A DNA stretch of 63,949 bases, counting the filler, from Octopus bimaculoides (lineage: Eukaryota), in the NCBI RefSeq assembly GCF_001194135.2. It is 6 parts of 6 records of this genome, joined end to end, with 100 filler letters (N's around TTAATTAATTAA, not from the genome) between each part and the next. Parts side by side here need not be neighbours in the genome. Positions count along the whole stretch, not along the records: positions 6,559 to 36,697 come from NC_068982.1; positions 36,798 to 38,766 come from NC_068985.1; positions 38,867 to 58,188 come from NC_068984.1; 3 more parts are not named here. One strand, written 5' to 3'. The position numbers were made by a program, and so were the translations under genes. The notes beneath the pieces are model-generated. The model made no database searches and had not been told where the DNA came from. It worked only from the letters and a program-made list of their open reading frames with translations. Below are positions 25,937-39,250 of the stretch, in pieces (the stretch's first letter is position 1; the number at the start of each line of letters is the position of its first letter).

Positions 25937-26258
25937 TGTGCGTGTGCGTGCGTGTGTATATATATATGTATATATATATATATATATATANNNNNNNNNN
26001 NNNNNNNNNNNNNNNNNNNNNNNNNNNNNNNNNNNNNNNNNNNNNNNNNNNNNNNNNNNNNNNNNNNNNNNNNNNNNNNNNNNNNNNNNNNNNNNNNNNN
26101 NNNNNNNNNNNNNNNNNNNNNNNNNNNNNNNNNNNNNNNNNNNNNNNNNNNNNNNNNNNNNNNNNNNNNNNNNNNNNNNNNNNNNNNNNNNNNNNNNNNN
26201 NNNNNNACATACACACATACATGTATATACATACATATGTGTAGGGTGTACATGACTC

Positions 26259-26315
<57 letters not shown>

Positions 26316-27201
26316 GCATGCATACACATATTCATACATATATATACATACATGTATATGTGTGTGTGTGTGTGTGTGTAATTTAGACGGATAGATTTTC
26401 GTTATATAGGTGGGCAGATAGATATATATGAAGACATTCAAACACTACGTATTGATATATGTGAATATGTGAAATGATACTACCATAGTAAGAGTAGCGA
26501 TTCCCTGATTCTCAAGAAGGAATTTGAGTAATAAACATTACAAAGACATGAAACTGGATTAGTAGATCGTTATAAATTCTACAATTCTAGCTTAGACATA
26601 AGACCATACATTTCAAAATAGAAAATGTACTGTTTTAATTTTGTCATGGCCCCAGTGGGATTTTAGCTCAGACGCATTTTATTCGGCGCTCTACTGATTT
26701 TTCTCTCTCACCAGCGTTTTAATAAAAGTTGCTTTAACTAAAGGTACATGATCTGACATCGAATCCCGATGAAGCCCCATTATTCAAATGACAGGTTATT
26801 TTAATCGTATTGTGCAAGGAAAAATGAAAGACAAAGTCAGCCATGGCTTGATTTAAAATTGCAACCTAAGTGGTCGTAAATAAATAAATGTATCGATATA
26901 GCTGTAGGGCTTTCTCCCATCCCTACTAATAATAATGACCGCCTATACAAAATTTATGGTGACTGACAGGAAAATTTCGATGGTATGTTATAAAACGGTG
27001 AATATAATGGAATGAGTATAGCACGGAAACAATAAGAGAAATATTGGTTTTGAATACGATGCTCAACTGGAGTACACGCGAACGATTAAATTCACCAACG
27101 CAAAAGGTGGAAGTAATGTAAACTATGATGTATATAAAGAAACGTTACATACGTATATATGAGTGCGTGTATATATATAAATATACATACACAAACACAC
27201 A

Positions 27202-27263
<62 letters not shown>

Positions 27264-27899
27264 NNNNNNNNNNNNNNNNNNNNNNNNNNNNNNNNNNNNN
27301 NNNNNNNNNNNNNNNNNNNNNNNNNNNNNNNNNNNNNNNNNNNNNNNNNNNNNNNNNNNNNNNNNNNNNNNNNNNNNNNNNNNNNNNNNNNNNNNNNNNN
27401 NNNNNNNNNNNNNNNNNNNNNNNNNNNNNNNNNNNNNNNNNNNNNNNNNNNNNNNNNNNNNNNNNNNNNNNNNNNNNNNNNNNNNNNNNNNNNNNNNNNN
27501 NNNNNNNNNNNNNNNNNNNNNNNNNNNNNNNNNNNNNNNNNNNNNNNNNNNNNNNNNNNNNNNNNNNNNNNNNNNNNNNNNNNNNNNNNNNNNNNNNNNN
27601 NNNNNNNNNNNNNNNNNNNNNNNATATAAATATATATAAATATATATAAATACATATATACATACTTGTATATATGTATGTATATACACAAACACATGTA
27701 TATGTATGTATATATACGTACACATATATATATTTATATATATGTATATATGTATATTTATATATATTATATACATACTGTGTGTATGTGTACACTGTAT
27801 ATTATGCATGTGAAAATACGTGTGTGTATCAGTGTGTGTCTGCATACGTCTATGTCTATGTATATTTATTTGTATGTTTGTATCAGTGTACACTATTCT

Positions 27900-28190
27900 A
27901 ACATGAATCTTTTACATCATCTTTATCGATATAGCCGAAATATGATGTCCCAAAAATGCATAAGAGTAGCCAGAGGGAACATAGCTCACTGAAATAGTGA
28001 CAAGCCATATGATCATACATATGTCTCTCCCGTCTTTTAATCACCCCCAAAACCACTCCACTGAATTCACCACTCTCATCAAACTTGTCTATATTTTCTC
28101 CCTCTTCATTGACCTTTTGATTCAATTCTTTGCATAAAGAAGTTGTTGGGATATTGTCTCTGAAGAAAACCCTTATAAAAATTTTTGACT
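27900..28190 (-). mobile_element. RTE-clade LINE ORF C-terminal remnant
   Basis: DNIPTTSLCKE...IKRRERHMYDHM...LWLLL...YIDKDDVKD resembles the RTE D.ISN..L / IR.RRL..AGH / YID pattern. Confidence 0.5.
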
Positions 28191-28207
28191 TCGGCCACAA
28201 TCACTAC

Positions 28208-28286
<79 letters not shown>

Positions 28287-28489
28287 TACACACACACACA
28301 CACACACATTATATGTATAATTTTAATGTTGAGGAAGCTTTAGTTCCGTAATACAGCTTTCTAGGAATTTGGGCGTGTTCTTTTTATTTAGTTTTGTTCT
28401 TTGTTTTTATTTAGTGAAGAAACTTAACTTAAAGCAACTTTTAGAGATTAATTTTTAAACACTATTTTCTAAGTCCGAGAAAAGTAAAT

Positions 28490-28575
28490 AGAGGATGCTA
28501 CATTGAGTTTTGCACCTCCACAAAATTTTAGGAGGTGCAATTGCACCCCCCGAACCCTCTGTTCCCGGGCCCTTA
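28490..28575 (-). mobile_element. GC-rich end of a probable non-autonomous DNA transposon (hAT-like)
   Basis: TGCACCTCC/GGAGGTGCA inverted pair (28511-28539), perfect palindrome GGTGCAATTGCACC (28534-28547), TTCCCGGGCCCT terminus. Confidence 0.4.
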
Positions 28576-28639
28576 CACGTAATGGTCTTGTCGTTGAAGA
28601 AAGTGCAACGACGAAATAAATATATTAACGATTTCTACT

Positions 28640-30065
28640 TAAGCATAAGGCCTCAAATCTAAGAGGGCCACAATCGATTATATCGTTCTGGTACTTCACT
28701 TGTATTTCATTCTTCGCTTCTTGAATGACGGAAACAAAGTCGACATCGACAAGAATTAAACTGAGTACGCAAAAAAGCCACAAAATTAAATCATTGACGG
28801 GCACATGATCGTACATTTTGATGGTGGGGAAAAAGTCGATGAAAACCAACGCCTGCACTAACTGCTACTTTATTCAATTTCTGAAATTAATTTATTTCTT
28901 AAAGTGTTACGTAATTTAGGGGGTCCTTCTTTGCAGTTCCTTCTACCATACTTTAAAGTTTGCAACGCTGTACCTATGTGTGAAACTGTTAGTTTCTTAA
29001 TAAATGATAATAATTATTTTGTCCGAGTAATTATATTAACGACTCCGGTAAAATAGGAAGGAAAGTTGACTAAATATGAATGAAGAACCTAAAGAATAGT
29101 ATCTAAATGCCACATAGTATTTTATCGCAGGCTTTATCGATGCCACCGCTTTATTCTAAAAAATATTCAGTAATACTCAGAAGACCCACAAACTTTTGAA
29201 AGAGAGTTAGAATAGAATATATCGTACTGGTACTTTATATTGTCGATCCTGAAACGAGAAGGGCAATATGAACTACGGCGGGGTTTAGTCATAAAAAATA
29301 TAAAAAGATTTAACTATTTCTTGCCCCGCTGTCAAATGATTTAAACAAATAAAAGAATGGTCTATGGATTATACATTTAACAGCCCTTTTGAATATATAA
29401 TTTCTAGCATATGAAATGGGTCACAGATTTTTGGGCAGGGATGAATCAATTAAATCGATGCCTCTATTTATTTATTGGCTCCCAAAAGGATGAAAAACCA
29501 AAGTCGACATCGGAGATAATCGAACTCAAATCTTAAAGAGCCGACAAAGATTTGAAACTTATTGTCTCCAACATAGGTGCAAAACCAAAACTTAGGTAGG
29601 AATATGGTCGTAGATTAAACCAGTCTTTAAATTTGACTATTATATCGACATTTGAAGGAAATGCAAAGCTGACACCGGTGAAGTTTGCGTACTGACAGTA
29701 AGGACCCTAGCAGGCATTTTATAGACATGCTTGTAAAATAGGTACAAAGTCACAAAAGTTTGGTAATTTGATGGTCTAGTCAATTAACACGTCTTTTCTT
29801 CTTGAATTGTACTTTATTTTATCGATCACGGAATGAAAAAAAAGGATGATGGTATATGCACTCAGAAAGGCGAAGAGCCAAACAGGGGCTTTTAAAATAA
29901 CGGTTTCTTATTTAGACACGAAACTATCAATTTTGAGGGGAGGAGTGCTGTCGATAAAAACGACCACACACGTAACTAATAGTTTATTTTATGGGCCATG
30001 AAGTGGAAAAAGTATGAAAACTTAGCTCGGGAGGATTTGAACTCAGAACACGAGGAGCTGAAAAT
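28640..30065 (-). mobile_element. Cluster of about 6 decayed, co-oriented SINE family M copies
   Basis: Repeated variants of ATCGAC..GAAAGGATGAAAGGCAAAGTCGAC..GGAATTTGAACTCAGAAC near 28650, 29220, 29440, 29580, 29790, 29920. Confidence 0.6.
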
Positions 30066-30282
30066 CTCTTTTATAACAAAACTATCTAACACTTCATACT
30101 AAATGCATTCAATTAAATAATTAAGAATTATGATATCAAAGAAGAAGAAGAAGAAGAAGAAGAAGAAGAAAATAATGTTCTCCGTACATGCCACGAGAGG
30201 TTGGCATGAGTTAAATAACTTAGACGATAAAACAAAAGCATCTTTAGAAACAATATGAAAAAATATATTGTATATTTTATAC

Positions 30283-30314
<32 letters not shown>

Positions 30315-30354
30315 ATTAATATATATATATATATATTTGTATTGNNNNNNNNNN

Positions 30355-30397
<43 letters not shown>

Positions 30398-30780
30398 TAT
30401 ACACAAACACATACATACACGAACACACACATGCACACTTATCTTGACACATACCATTATTACGAAACACTTGGACGTTGAGTCACTTCTGTAGCAATAC
30501 CAGCATAATAAAAGATTGCACACGCACACACATACAAGTACACGCGCGCACACGCACACACACATACACATACACGTACACACACACGTACACATACACG
30601 TACACATACACGTACACACACACGTATATATTTTTACCTATATACAATTTATGCATATACACACATGAATATATATATACATGTGTATGACTACACACAC
30701 ATGCACACATATAAAGCTATATACAGGCACTATATATATATAGTGTGTGTTTCTGTGTATACATACATACATACACACAC

Positions 30781-30833
<53 letters not shown>

Positions 30834-31552
30834 NNNNNNNNNNACATATATATGCGTCTATATCAGGACATACACACACACACACACATATATATGTATG
30901 TATACGCACGGAATTCTTTTTTTGTATGTATATAATAACTATTTCCAGAATAGACATAATACCATAGTTTTATGATAGACGAAGGATGGGGGATTTTTTT
31001 GACGTAATTGAAAGCAATACTTGATTGTTATTTAACTTTATTGACACCATAGGAGATTGAAAGAGAAAGTGGACAATATCAGTGATAATAGTAACCACTT
31101 TTTCTAACATAAGCATGAAGCAAGAGTTTGTGAGAGAAGGATGTTAGTCATCAATATTTCTCTGGCATCACTGGTACCGGCGTCTTAATTTTACTGCCCT
31201 TGAGGGTATGAAGGTATAAGTTCAACACGGAAGTATGTGAAATAAGAATATAGAGAAGCGGAAGAAATAGCACAATCTATTTAGTCTGGCGCTCTAACGA
31301 TTCTACCATTTGATGGGAGGTAACTATTGTGACAGGTACGATATTTTGACACATTCAAATATTTGGATAGAAAAAGGTGACCTGGGTGAGATTAGAACAC
31401 GCGGCGTAATCGATTATAAGTTAACAAGACAAGGCATCTTATCCGTCAGTTTTCCGATACTGTGTTACATCGCATTCCCTGAGGATGTTGGAAAGTAGTA
31501 AAAGAAAAATTAAATAAAAAGAAATGTAGAGAAGGAAGCGGGGTTCACTTAC

Positions 31553-31649
31553 CTGCTAAATCCAAAAAGAGAACGGCTAGACTCAGGATCGAAATCGTAA
31601 AAGTCCGGTAAAATAGCGCCGTACGCTTTAGTCCTGTTCTCTTCCACAT
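31553..31649 (-). CDS. First coding exon of a secreted or cell-surface protein (signal peptide)
   Basis: AAAATG context; MWKRTGLKRTALFYRTFTISILSLAVLFLDLA+G (basic n-region, hydrophobic h-region); consensus donor CAG|GTAAGT; phase 1; read-through meets a stop after G-K; possible upstream acceptor TTTCAG at 31674. Confidence 0.7.
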
Positions 31650-31736
31650 TTTCGTTTGACAAAAACAATAACACTGAAACACAACAAATACCCGGATGTG
31701 ATGGGATTTGATAGGAAATGCACAACGGAGTGATGA

Positions 31737-33545
31737 CTATGGTGGTGGTGGTGGTGAAGGTGCTCTGGTGGTACTGGCAATGGTGTTTGTTATAGTGGTG
31801 TTACTAGTGGTATTGGTAGTGTGGGTGGATGGAGAAGTAGGCTTATCTCGGTAGAGGTGGTGACGGCGGCGACTACAGTAGAGATATTGGGGATTATAAT
31901 GTTGTTGTTGTTGTTGTGGTGGTGATGGTGGTGGTGGTTGTGGTAGTGGTAGACACAAGGTCTATGGTAATAGCAGGAAGGATATAGTACTGNNNNNNNN
32001 NNNNNNNNNNNNNNNNNNNNNNNNNNNNNNNNNNNNNNNNNNNNNNNNNNNNNNNNNNNNNNNNNNNNNNNNNNNNNNNNNNNNNNNNNNNNNNNNNNNN
32101 NNNNNNNNNNNNNNNNNNNNNNNNNNNNNNNNNNNNNNNNNGTGGTGGGCAGGAATGGATGTCTTAGTAGTTAGATGTTGTTTATGTCGGTGGAGGCTGT
32201 GATGGTCTTTGTCGGCGGTGTTAGCGATGTGGCTGCTGTTGGGGGAAGGAGGGAGGACGCTGCTTGCGGCTTGATCTTAATGATGGCGGGGAGGGGGAGG
32301 GACTAGTGAATTGCCTGTATATGTGTGCGTATGGTGTGGTGTGTCTGTGTGTGTCTGTGTGTGTGTGTGTGTGTGTGCAAGAATGCGCGAATGCGCGCGT
32401 GTCTCATTGAGTGCAAATGTGCATGAGTTCGTGTCCTTCTCTTTATATCATTCTCTCTCTATCTCTCTCTCTCTCTCTCTATCTATCTCTCTCTGTCTCT
32501 CTCTTTCTATCCGTTTGTGTGTGTGCGCGCACGTGTGCTGTGTCAGTGAGCACAAGCGTGCCTGAGCCGCACTCTGTCTATGTGTAAATAAGTGTGCGTA
32601 CGCTGGCGTGTGTTCGTGTGTGCGTGTCTGTGTGTGTGTGTGCGCGCGCGCGTGTGTTGCATGTATGTGTATGCGTGTGTTGTGTGTGTGTGTGTGTGTG
32701 TGTGTGTTTGAGTGTTTGTGTGTGTGTGTGCGTGCGTGTGTTGTGTGTACACACGTCTTTGCTGATGTATGTGTGTGAGATAGAAAGACAGAAGACGCGT
32801 TTGGCGGCCACGATGAGTTAGCAGTAACGAAGTGATTTTGGTAGTGGTGTAGGTGGTGGTAGTAGTGGTACCAGTAGTTGCTAACGTTGTCGATGGTAGT
32901 GTGATGAAGATGATGATGACGATGATGATGCTAATACAGATGGTAACGGTGGTGGAGTTAACGAAAGCTTTATTATTTTTAATGTTAGTAATAATACTGA
33001 TAGCAGTGGTGGGGATATGATATGGTAGGGTGGGTAAATTAGTGGGCTGGTGGTGATGGTGGTACGGTGGTGGTAGTAGCAGTGGTGGTTGTGGCAGTGG
33101 TGGTAGTGATAGTGGTGGTGGCGCTGGTGGTGATGGGGCTTGTGGCGATTATAGTAATAGGGGTGTCTGTAATAGTTGTGGTGGTGATGATGACGATGGT
33201 AACGACCGGAGTATGGTTGTTTTAGATGACGGTGATGCACGTATTGGTGATGGTGGTGACGCGATGGTGGGGTACGGGCAATGGTAGTGAGACTGGGGGT
33301 ATGAATCGTTGGAATATGACATGGATGGAACGGTGGTAGTGGTGGTGGTCACTGTCGTGATAATACTGGAAGTGTTGCTAGTTTGTGGTAACGATTGTCT
33401 TATGTATGTGGTGCACAGCAGTGGCGTCAGTGATCTGATGTAGGTGGAACGTGGGGTGTGACTGGTGATGCTTCTGATGTAGGTGGTACCCAAAGTATTG
33501 CTAGTGGTGTTTCTCATGTAGGTGGTACTTAAGCTGTTGATGTTG
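31737..33545. repeat. GGT/GAT/GTA-rich low-complexity and (TG)n region upstream of the exon
   Basis: Imperfect trinucleotide-periodic sequence with a gap and a (TG)n block. Confidence 0.8.
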
Positions 33546-33644
33546 CTGTTTATATGGCGGACAAATGGACAGATCGGAAGTTATTAAATAGTTTATACTC
33601 GCTAAGAAGCCCTTGCACGGGTCTTACCCAAACTTACTTACTTG

Positions 33645-33698
<54 letters not shown>

Positions 33699-34665
33699 CA
33701 CACGCACACTGACATTCATACACACGCATGCACATACACATACACATACAAACACACACATACACACCGAGCTTACATTTACTTACACATCCATACACAA
33801 TCCCGTTCACACACACACACACTCACACACACACACTCACACACACACACACGCACNNNNNNNNNNNNNNNNNNNNNNNNNNNNNNNNNNNNNNNNNNNN
33901 NNNNNNNNNNNNNNNNNNNNNNNNNNNNNNNNNNNNNNNNNNNNNNNNNNNNNNNNNNNNNNNNNNNNNNNNNNNNNNNNNNNNNNNNNNNNNNNNNNNN
34001 NNNNNNNNNNNNNNNNNNNNNNNNNNNNNCAGATATACACGCACACACACACACGCGCACACACACACACGCGCACACACACACACACACAACTAAACAA
34101 TCTTTTGCACATACACACACACAACTAAACACAATCTTTTGCACACACACACACACACACTCTAAGATGCAGACTCACTCCAACCTGTTCATATTGCTTT
34201 GTACATCTTTTTTGTAAAGACTTGCACGCAGACACACAGACAAGCACCCACCCACCCACACACGCTTACAAACGCGCACATATGCACTATACACACCACT
34301 CATTTACTTGCACGCCACACAAACGCACACAAACTTACTCTCGTGCACATCTATTCTTGTACACACCTGCACACACTCACTTTGACACGCATCCGTGCAC
34401 TAACTTTCAAACTTACACACTTACACTACGTCGCACACAGACACACACACGCAAGCACATGCACGCACGCACTTATACGCGCGCGCGCATGTGTAAATGC
34501 GCGCGCGCACTTTCGCAGTTGTATACACTCACAAAAATTCATTTGGCTACTCTAATAAGTGCATCTACACACACTCACTTCTACTCAACCACACTCGCTT
34601 TTGGACTTACAGATGTACAAGAGATACATATTTGCACACACTCACACACGCACACACACATACAC

Positions 34666-34708
<43 letters not shown>

Positions 34709-36071
34709 CACACACTCACACGCACACACACATTTGCATGTACAAGCATTTAATTGCTTACACAAAAACCTACACATCACCACGAACCAAATTACATGCA
34801 GACGGATACAGAAAGACAGAATGNNNNNNNNNNNNNNNNNNNNNNNNNNNNNNNNNNNNNNNNNNNNNNNNNNNNNNNNNNNNNNNNNNNNNNNNNNNNN
34901 NNNNNNNNNNNNNNNNNNNNNNNNNNNNNNNNNNNNNNNNNNNNNNNNNNNNNNNNNNNNNNNNNNNNNNNNNNNNNNNNNNNNNNNNNNNNNNNNNNNN
35001 NNNNNNNNNNNNNNNNNNNNNNNNNNNNNNNNNNNNNNNNNNNNNNNNNNNNNNNNNNNNNNNNNNNNNNNNNNNNNNNNNNNNNNNNNNNNNNNNNNNN
35101 NNNNNNNNNNNNNNNNNNNNNNNNNNNNNNNNNNNNNNNNNNNNNNNNNNNNNNNNNNNNNNNNNNNNNNNNNNNNNNNNNNNNNNNNNNNNNNNNNNNN
35201 NNNNNNNNNNNNNNNNNNNNNNNNNNNNNNNNNNNNNNNNNNNNNNNNNNNNNNNNNNNNNNNNNNNNNNNNNNNNNNNNNNNNNNNNNNNNNNNNNNNN
35301 NNNNNNNNNNNNNNNNNNNNNNNNNNNNNNNNNNNNNNNNNNNNNNNNNNNNNNNNNNNNNNNNNNNNNNNNNNNNNNNNNNNNNNNNNNNNNNNNNNNN
35401 NNNNNNNNNNNNNNNNNNNNNNNNNNNNNNNNNNNNNNNNNNNNNNNNNNNNNNNNNNNNNNNNNNNNNNNNNNNNNNNNNNNNNNNNNNNNNNNNNNNN
35501 NNNNNNNNNNNNNNNNNNNNNNNNNNNNNNNNNNNNNNNNNNNNNNNNNNNNNNNNNNNNNNNNNNNNNNNNNNNNNNNNTATATATATATTAAAATTCA
35601 ATAATAGGACGAATTCTTTTACAAGACTTTATCAAGTAGCTAGCGTGCAAAAACCTCATAAGGGAAAAAAATCCATCATTTATTCCCGAAATATATATAT
35701 ATATTTATATAAGGGCATTGCTATAAGGGAAATAGCGATGAACAATCGTCTATATGCTATGCTGGATAAGCGGTGTTCGTTTGGTATGTGGATTCACTGT
35801 TTATTTCTATTTTTCTTGACCATGTTATACTGACGAGTAGAAGTTGTATAATACTACAATAACTACGAAATCATGATCTATAATTTAGTCCGTTTTTAAG
35901 GGGTTGGCTTTGAGAGTTGCATTTCCTCGCATTCGGTAAAAACGTGCTTTTTATGGTAGTCTGACCTTAGAGTCCCTCATGGCGTGAGGCGTTATTGTAT
36001 AGTAATGCCCTTATATAAATATATATATATATATGTGTGTATATATATGCATGAATACACACGTATATCAA

Positions 36072-36147
<76 letters not shown>

Positions 36148-36586
36148 AGAAAAACACAAACACGTACGAGAAGAGTAAAAATAAAATTCTAAATGATGAT
36201 ATAACATCACCATGACAACGACAGTTTGCATCGACATAAGAATTACTACAATAGCCTACCTAAAGAAATCACAAACACAATAACAGCGACAGCGTCAACA
36301 ACAACAATGACAAAAACAACAACAACAACAACAACAACAACAGCACAACGACAATGACAATACAAGACATTACAATGGTTAGCGAGATTAACAGGAATAG
36401 CAACCACAAAAGGAAAAGTAAATAAGACCACCGACATAGACGAAAGTCTAAATAAATATATGTAACTCAGCATGTACTTAAGCGTATCAGGCATACAGGT
36501 ATGTATACTCGTGTATATATGTGTGTATACAAATCATATACATGTTAAATTTATCCACAAACATACTACACACACACATGTCCGTG

Positions 36587-36625
<39 letters not shown>

Positions 36626-36797
36626 ATGTATATGTATATGTGTGTGTATGTATATTCATATATATATGCGTATATAAATGGTTGTCTATCTATATATNNN
36701 NNNNNNNNNNNNNNNNNNNNNNNNNNNNNNNNNNNNNNNNNTTAATTAATTAANNNNNNNNNNNNNNNNNNNNNNNNNNNNNNNNNNNNNNNNNNNN

Positions 36798-37160
36798 GAC
36801 TGGCTCTTGTGCGGGTGGCACATAAGATGCACCATTTTGAGCGTGACCGTTGCCAGTACCGCCTGACTGGCCTTCGTAGGGTTCTCGAGTGAGATCGTTG
36901 CCAGTGCACATAAAAGACACCATTTCGAACGTGGCCGTTGCCAGTACCGCCTGACTGGCCTTCGTGCGGGTGACACGTAAAAGCACCCACTACACTCTCT
37001 GAGTGATTGGCGTTAGGAAGGGCATCCAGCTGCAGAAACTCTGCCAAATTAGATTGGAGCCTGGTGTTGCCATCCGGTTTTACCAGCCCTCAGTTAAATC
37101 ATCCAACCCATGCTAACATGGAAAGCAGACGTTAAACGATGATGATGATGATGATGATGT
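36798..37160 (+). mobile_element. RTE-type LINE 3' UTR (or SINE sharing it) with tandem subrepeats and (GAT)n tail
   Basis: Duplicated CGTTGCCAGTACCGCCTGACTGGCCTTCGT; GGCGTTAGGAAGGGCATCCAGC shared with 38326-38384; ends (GAT)n. Confidence 0.75.
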
Positions 37161-37179
37161 GTGTGTGTGTTTGTGTGTC

Positions 37180-37365
37180 TGTGTTTGTCCCCCCACTATC
37201 GCTTGAGAACTGACATTGGTATGTTTACGTCCCTGGCAAAAGAGACCGATAAAATAAGTACTAGACTTACAAAAAATAAGTTTTGGGGTTGATTCGTACG
37301 ACTAAAGGTGATGCTCCAGCCTGGCTGCAGTCAAATGACTGAAACAAGTAAAAGAATAAAAGAAT
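37180..37365 (+). mobile_element. SINE family B 3' half
   Basis: TGTTTGTCCCCCC...CAGTCAAATGACTGAAACAAG(TAAAAGAA)n. Confidence 0.8.
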
Positions 37366-37974
37366 AATATATATATATATGCATATATATGTATGTGTGT
37401 GTGTATATATATATATGTGTGTGTGTGAATGTATGTATCCAATATAGGTAGAATCAACGAAAAGAGTACTCCATCTAGTGAGAGATAAATGTCAATTTAA
37501 TACACAACTGAAAGAGCTACTAATAGTTTCATACTTTTATGATACATTAACTAGGCATATTTATAAAATACACCATGTATCTCCAAACAATAAGTCATTT
37601 AATTCAAAGGTGTCATGTTTCAGTCTTTGACTAACCTTGTGGAATTGGTTAGTTGGAAAGATCTTTAAATGAAGAGTAATAAGGTGGAGAAAATTCCTCC
37701 TTATTACTGCAGTATTTTACAAAAGCAAGATTGCAGTATTTCCAGATGTCCTCTTTATTGCATAAACTGAAATATTTTCAAAGATTTTAGTAGACTCTAC
37801 AACAGTGGTTCTTAGTCTTTTTGACTTTGTGTCACACATGGGGTTAAAAAACAAAAAAAAATGACTGGCCCACTTCACATAGGAAACTAAAAAAATTTCA
37901 CTCCTGTCACTTGGAAAAACACAAATGGTAACACATATGTATATACAGCTGTCAATAACAAAAATCTTTGTAGG

Positions 37975-38384
37975 TATGTATAACTGTCAGGATGAAGTAT
38001 TGAAGGATGACCTCAGGATGCTGAAACTTTCAAGCAAGATGACAAAGGACCGAGATGCCTGGCACCTTACTGTACTCAAGAAGACCCACACTCCACAGAA
38101 GTGTTAAGACTGGTCCCTCTGGTAGTGTAAAGCTTTTATAGCAGTGTCATGTAAAAGCAACTGTGTAGTACCATGTTAAAGTGCCCATGCACTGTCATGT
38201 AAAAACACTCATGTGGCACCACATTAAAACGCCCATGCAACGTCACATAAAAGCACTCATGCAATGCCATGTAAAAGTGCCTATGCGATACCACGTAAAA
38301 TCACCCAGTACACACTGTAAAGTGGTTGGCATTAAGATGGGCATCCAGCCATAGAAACCATGCCAAATCAGATTGGGGCCTGGT
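37975..38384 (+). mobile_element. RTE-clade LINE ORF end + 3' UTR with about 24-bp minisatellite, truncated
   Basis: DEVLKDDLRMLKLSSKMTKDRDAW; tandem CAYGTAAAAGCAC-type units; GGGCATCCAGCCATAGAAACC. Confidence 0.75.
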
Positions 38385-38730
38385 ACGAACCCAAACTGCA
38401 TCTCATCTAGATCTACTCTCTCCCTAATTAGTTGGGCTATGACCCTCTCCATGACCTTCAGTACCTGATCCAACAACTTGATACCTCTGTAATTGTTTGT
38501 GTCTAAAGCATCACCTTTACCTTTGTAGCAGTTGACTATGGTGCTGCTGCATCAGTCATTGGGTACAACTCCTTCATGTATCACCTGGTTAACTATATGG
38601 GTGACTAGACTATAGCTGACACTGCCAGATATTTTGAGCATCTTTGTAGTGATTCCTGATGGGCCAGGGGCTTTCCCTGTCTTCATACTCTTAATTGCTT
38701 TATCTACCAAGGTACTGTCAATTCAGATAG

Positions 38731-38735
<5 letters not shown>
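38379..38735 (-). mobile_element. RTE-clade reverse transcriptase N-terminal fragment
   Basis: KAIKSMKTGKAPGPSGI...YKGKGDALDTNNYRGIKLLDQVLKVMERVI...MQFGFVPG. Confidence 0.9.
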
Positions 38736-38766
<31 letters not shown>

Positions 38767-39089
38767 NNNNNNNNNNNNNNNNNNNNNNNNNNNNNNNNNN
38801 NNNNNNNNNNTTAATTAATTAANNNNNNNNNNNNNNNNNNNNNNNNNNNNNNNNNNNNNNNNNNNNGTCTGCGTATACGTGTGTGTAGAGAGAGGCAGAG
38901 AGAGGATGGAAGAAAGATAGAAAGAGAGGGAGAATATGTGTGTGGAAGAGAGGTAGAAAGAAAGAGAAAACTGTTAGTGCATCATATAGGAAGCTTTCGA
39001 TATTTGTTTCGATACTCTGCTTTCTGAGTTCAAATCCTGTCGAGGTCGACTTTGGTTTTCATCATTTTAACGTCGATATGTAATGTACC

Positions 39090-39250
39090 AGCCTAATTCT
39101 AATTGTCCATGACTTAAAAGTTTCGTATTCCAAAGAACAATCCAACAACATTAACCGCCTATTGTTGAGAGCGTTAAGTAAACCTTTGGAAAGATTTGAA
39201 ATAATAATCTCATCTGTTTACTCATGCTTTCAGAAAGCGGCTGATAATTA
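39090..39250 (+). repeat. Unclassified dispersed repeat, second copy at 45440-45610
   Basis: Shared GTTTCGTATT..AAGAACAATCCAA, TTGTTGAGA..GTTAAGTAAA, TTACTCATGCTTTCAGAAA. Confidence 0.65.

Noticed and set aside
31380-31480. Acceptor about 73 nt downstream of the signal-exon donor
   Set aside because: Splicing there gives G-N-A-M-stop
33398-33550. CRISPR-like repeat-spacer array
   Set aside because: Eukaryotic context, 14-bp degenerate repeat, no cas genes; kept only as a periodic motif
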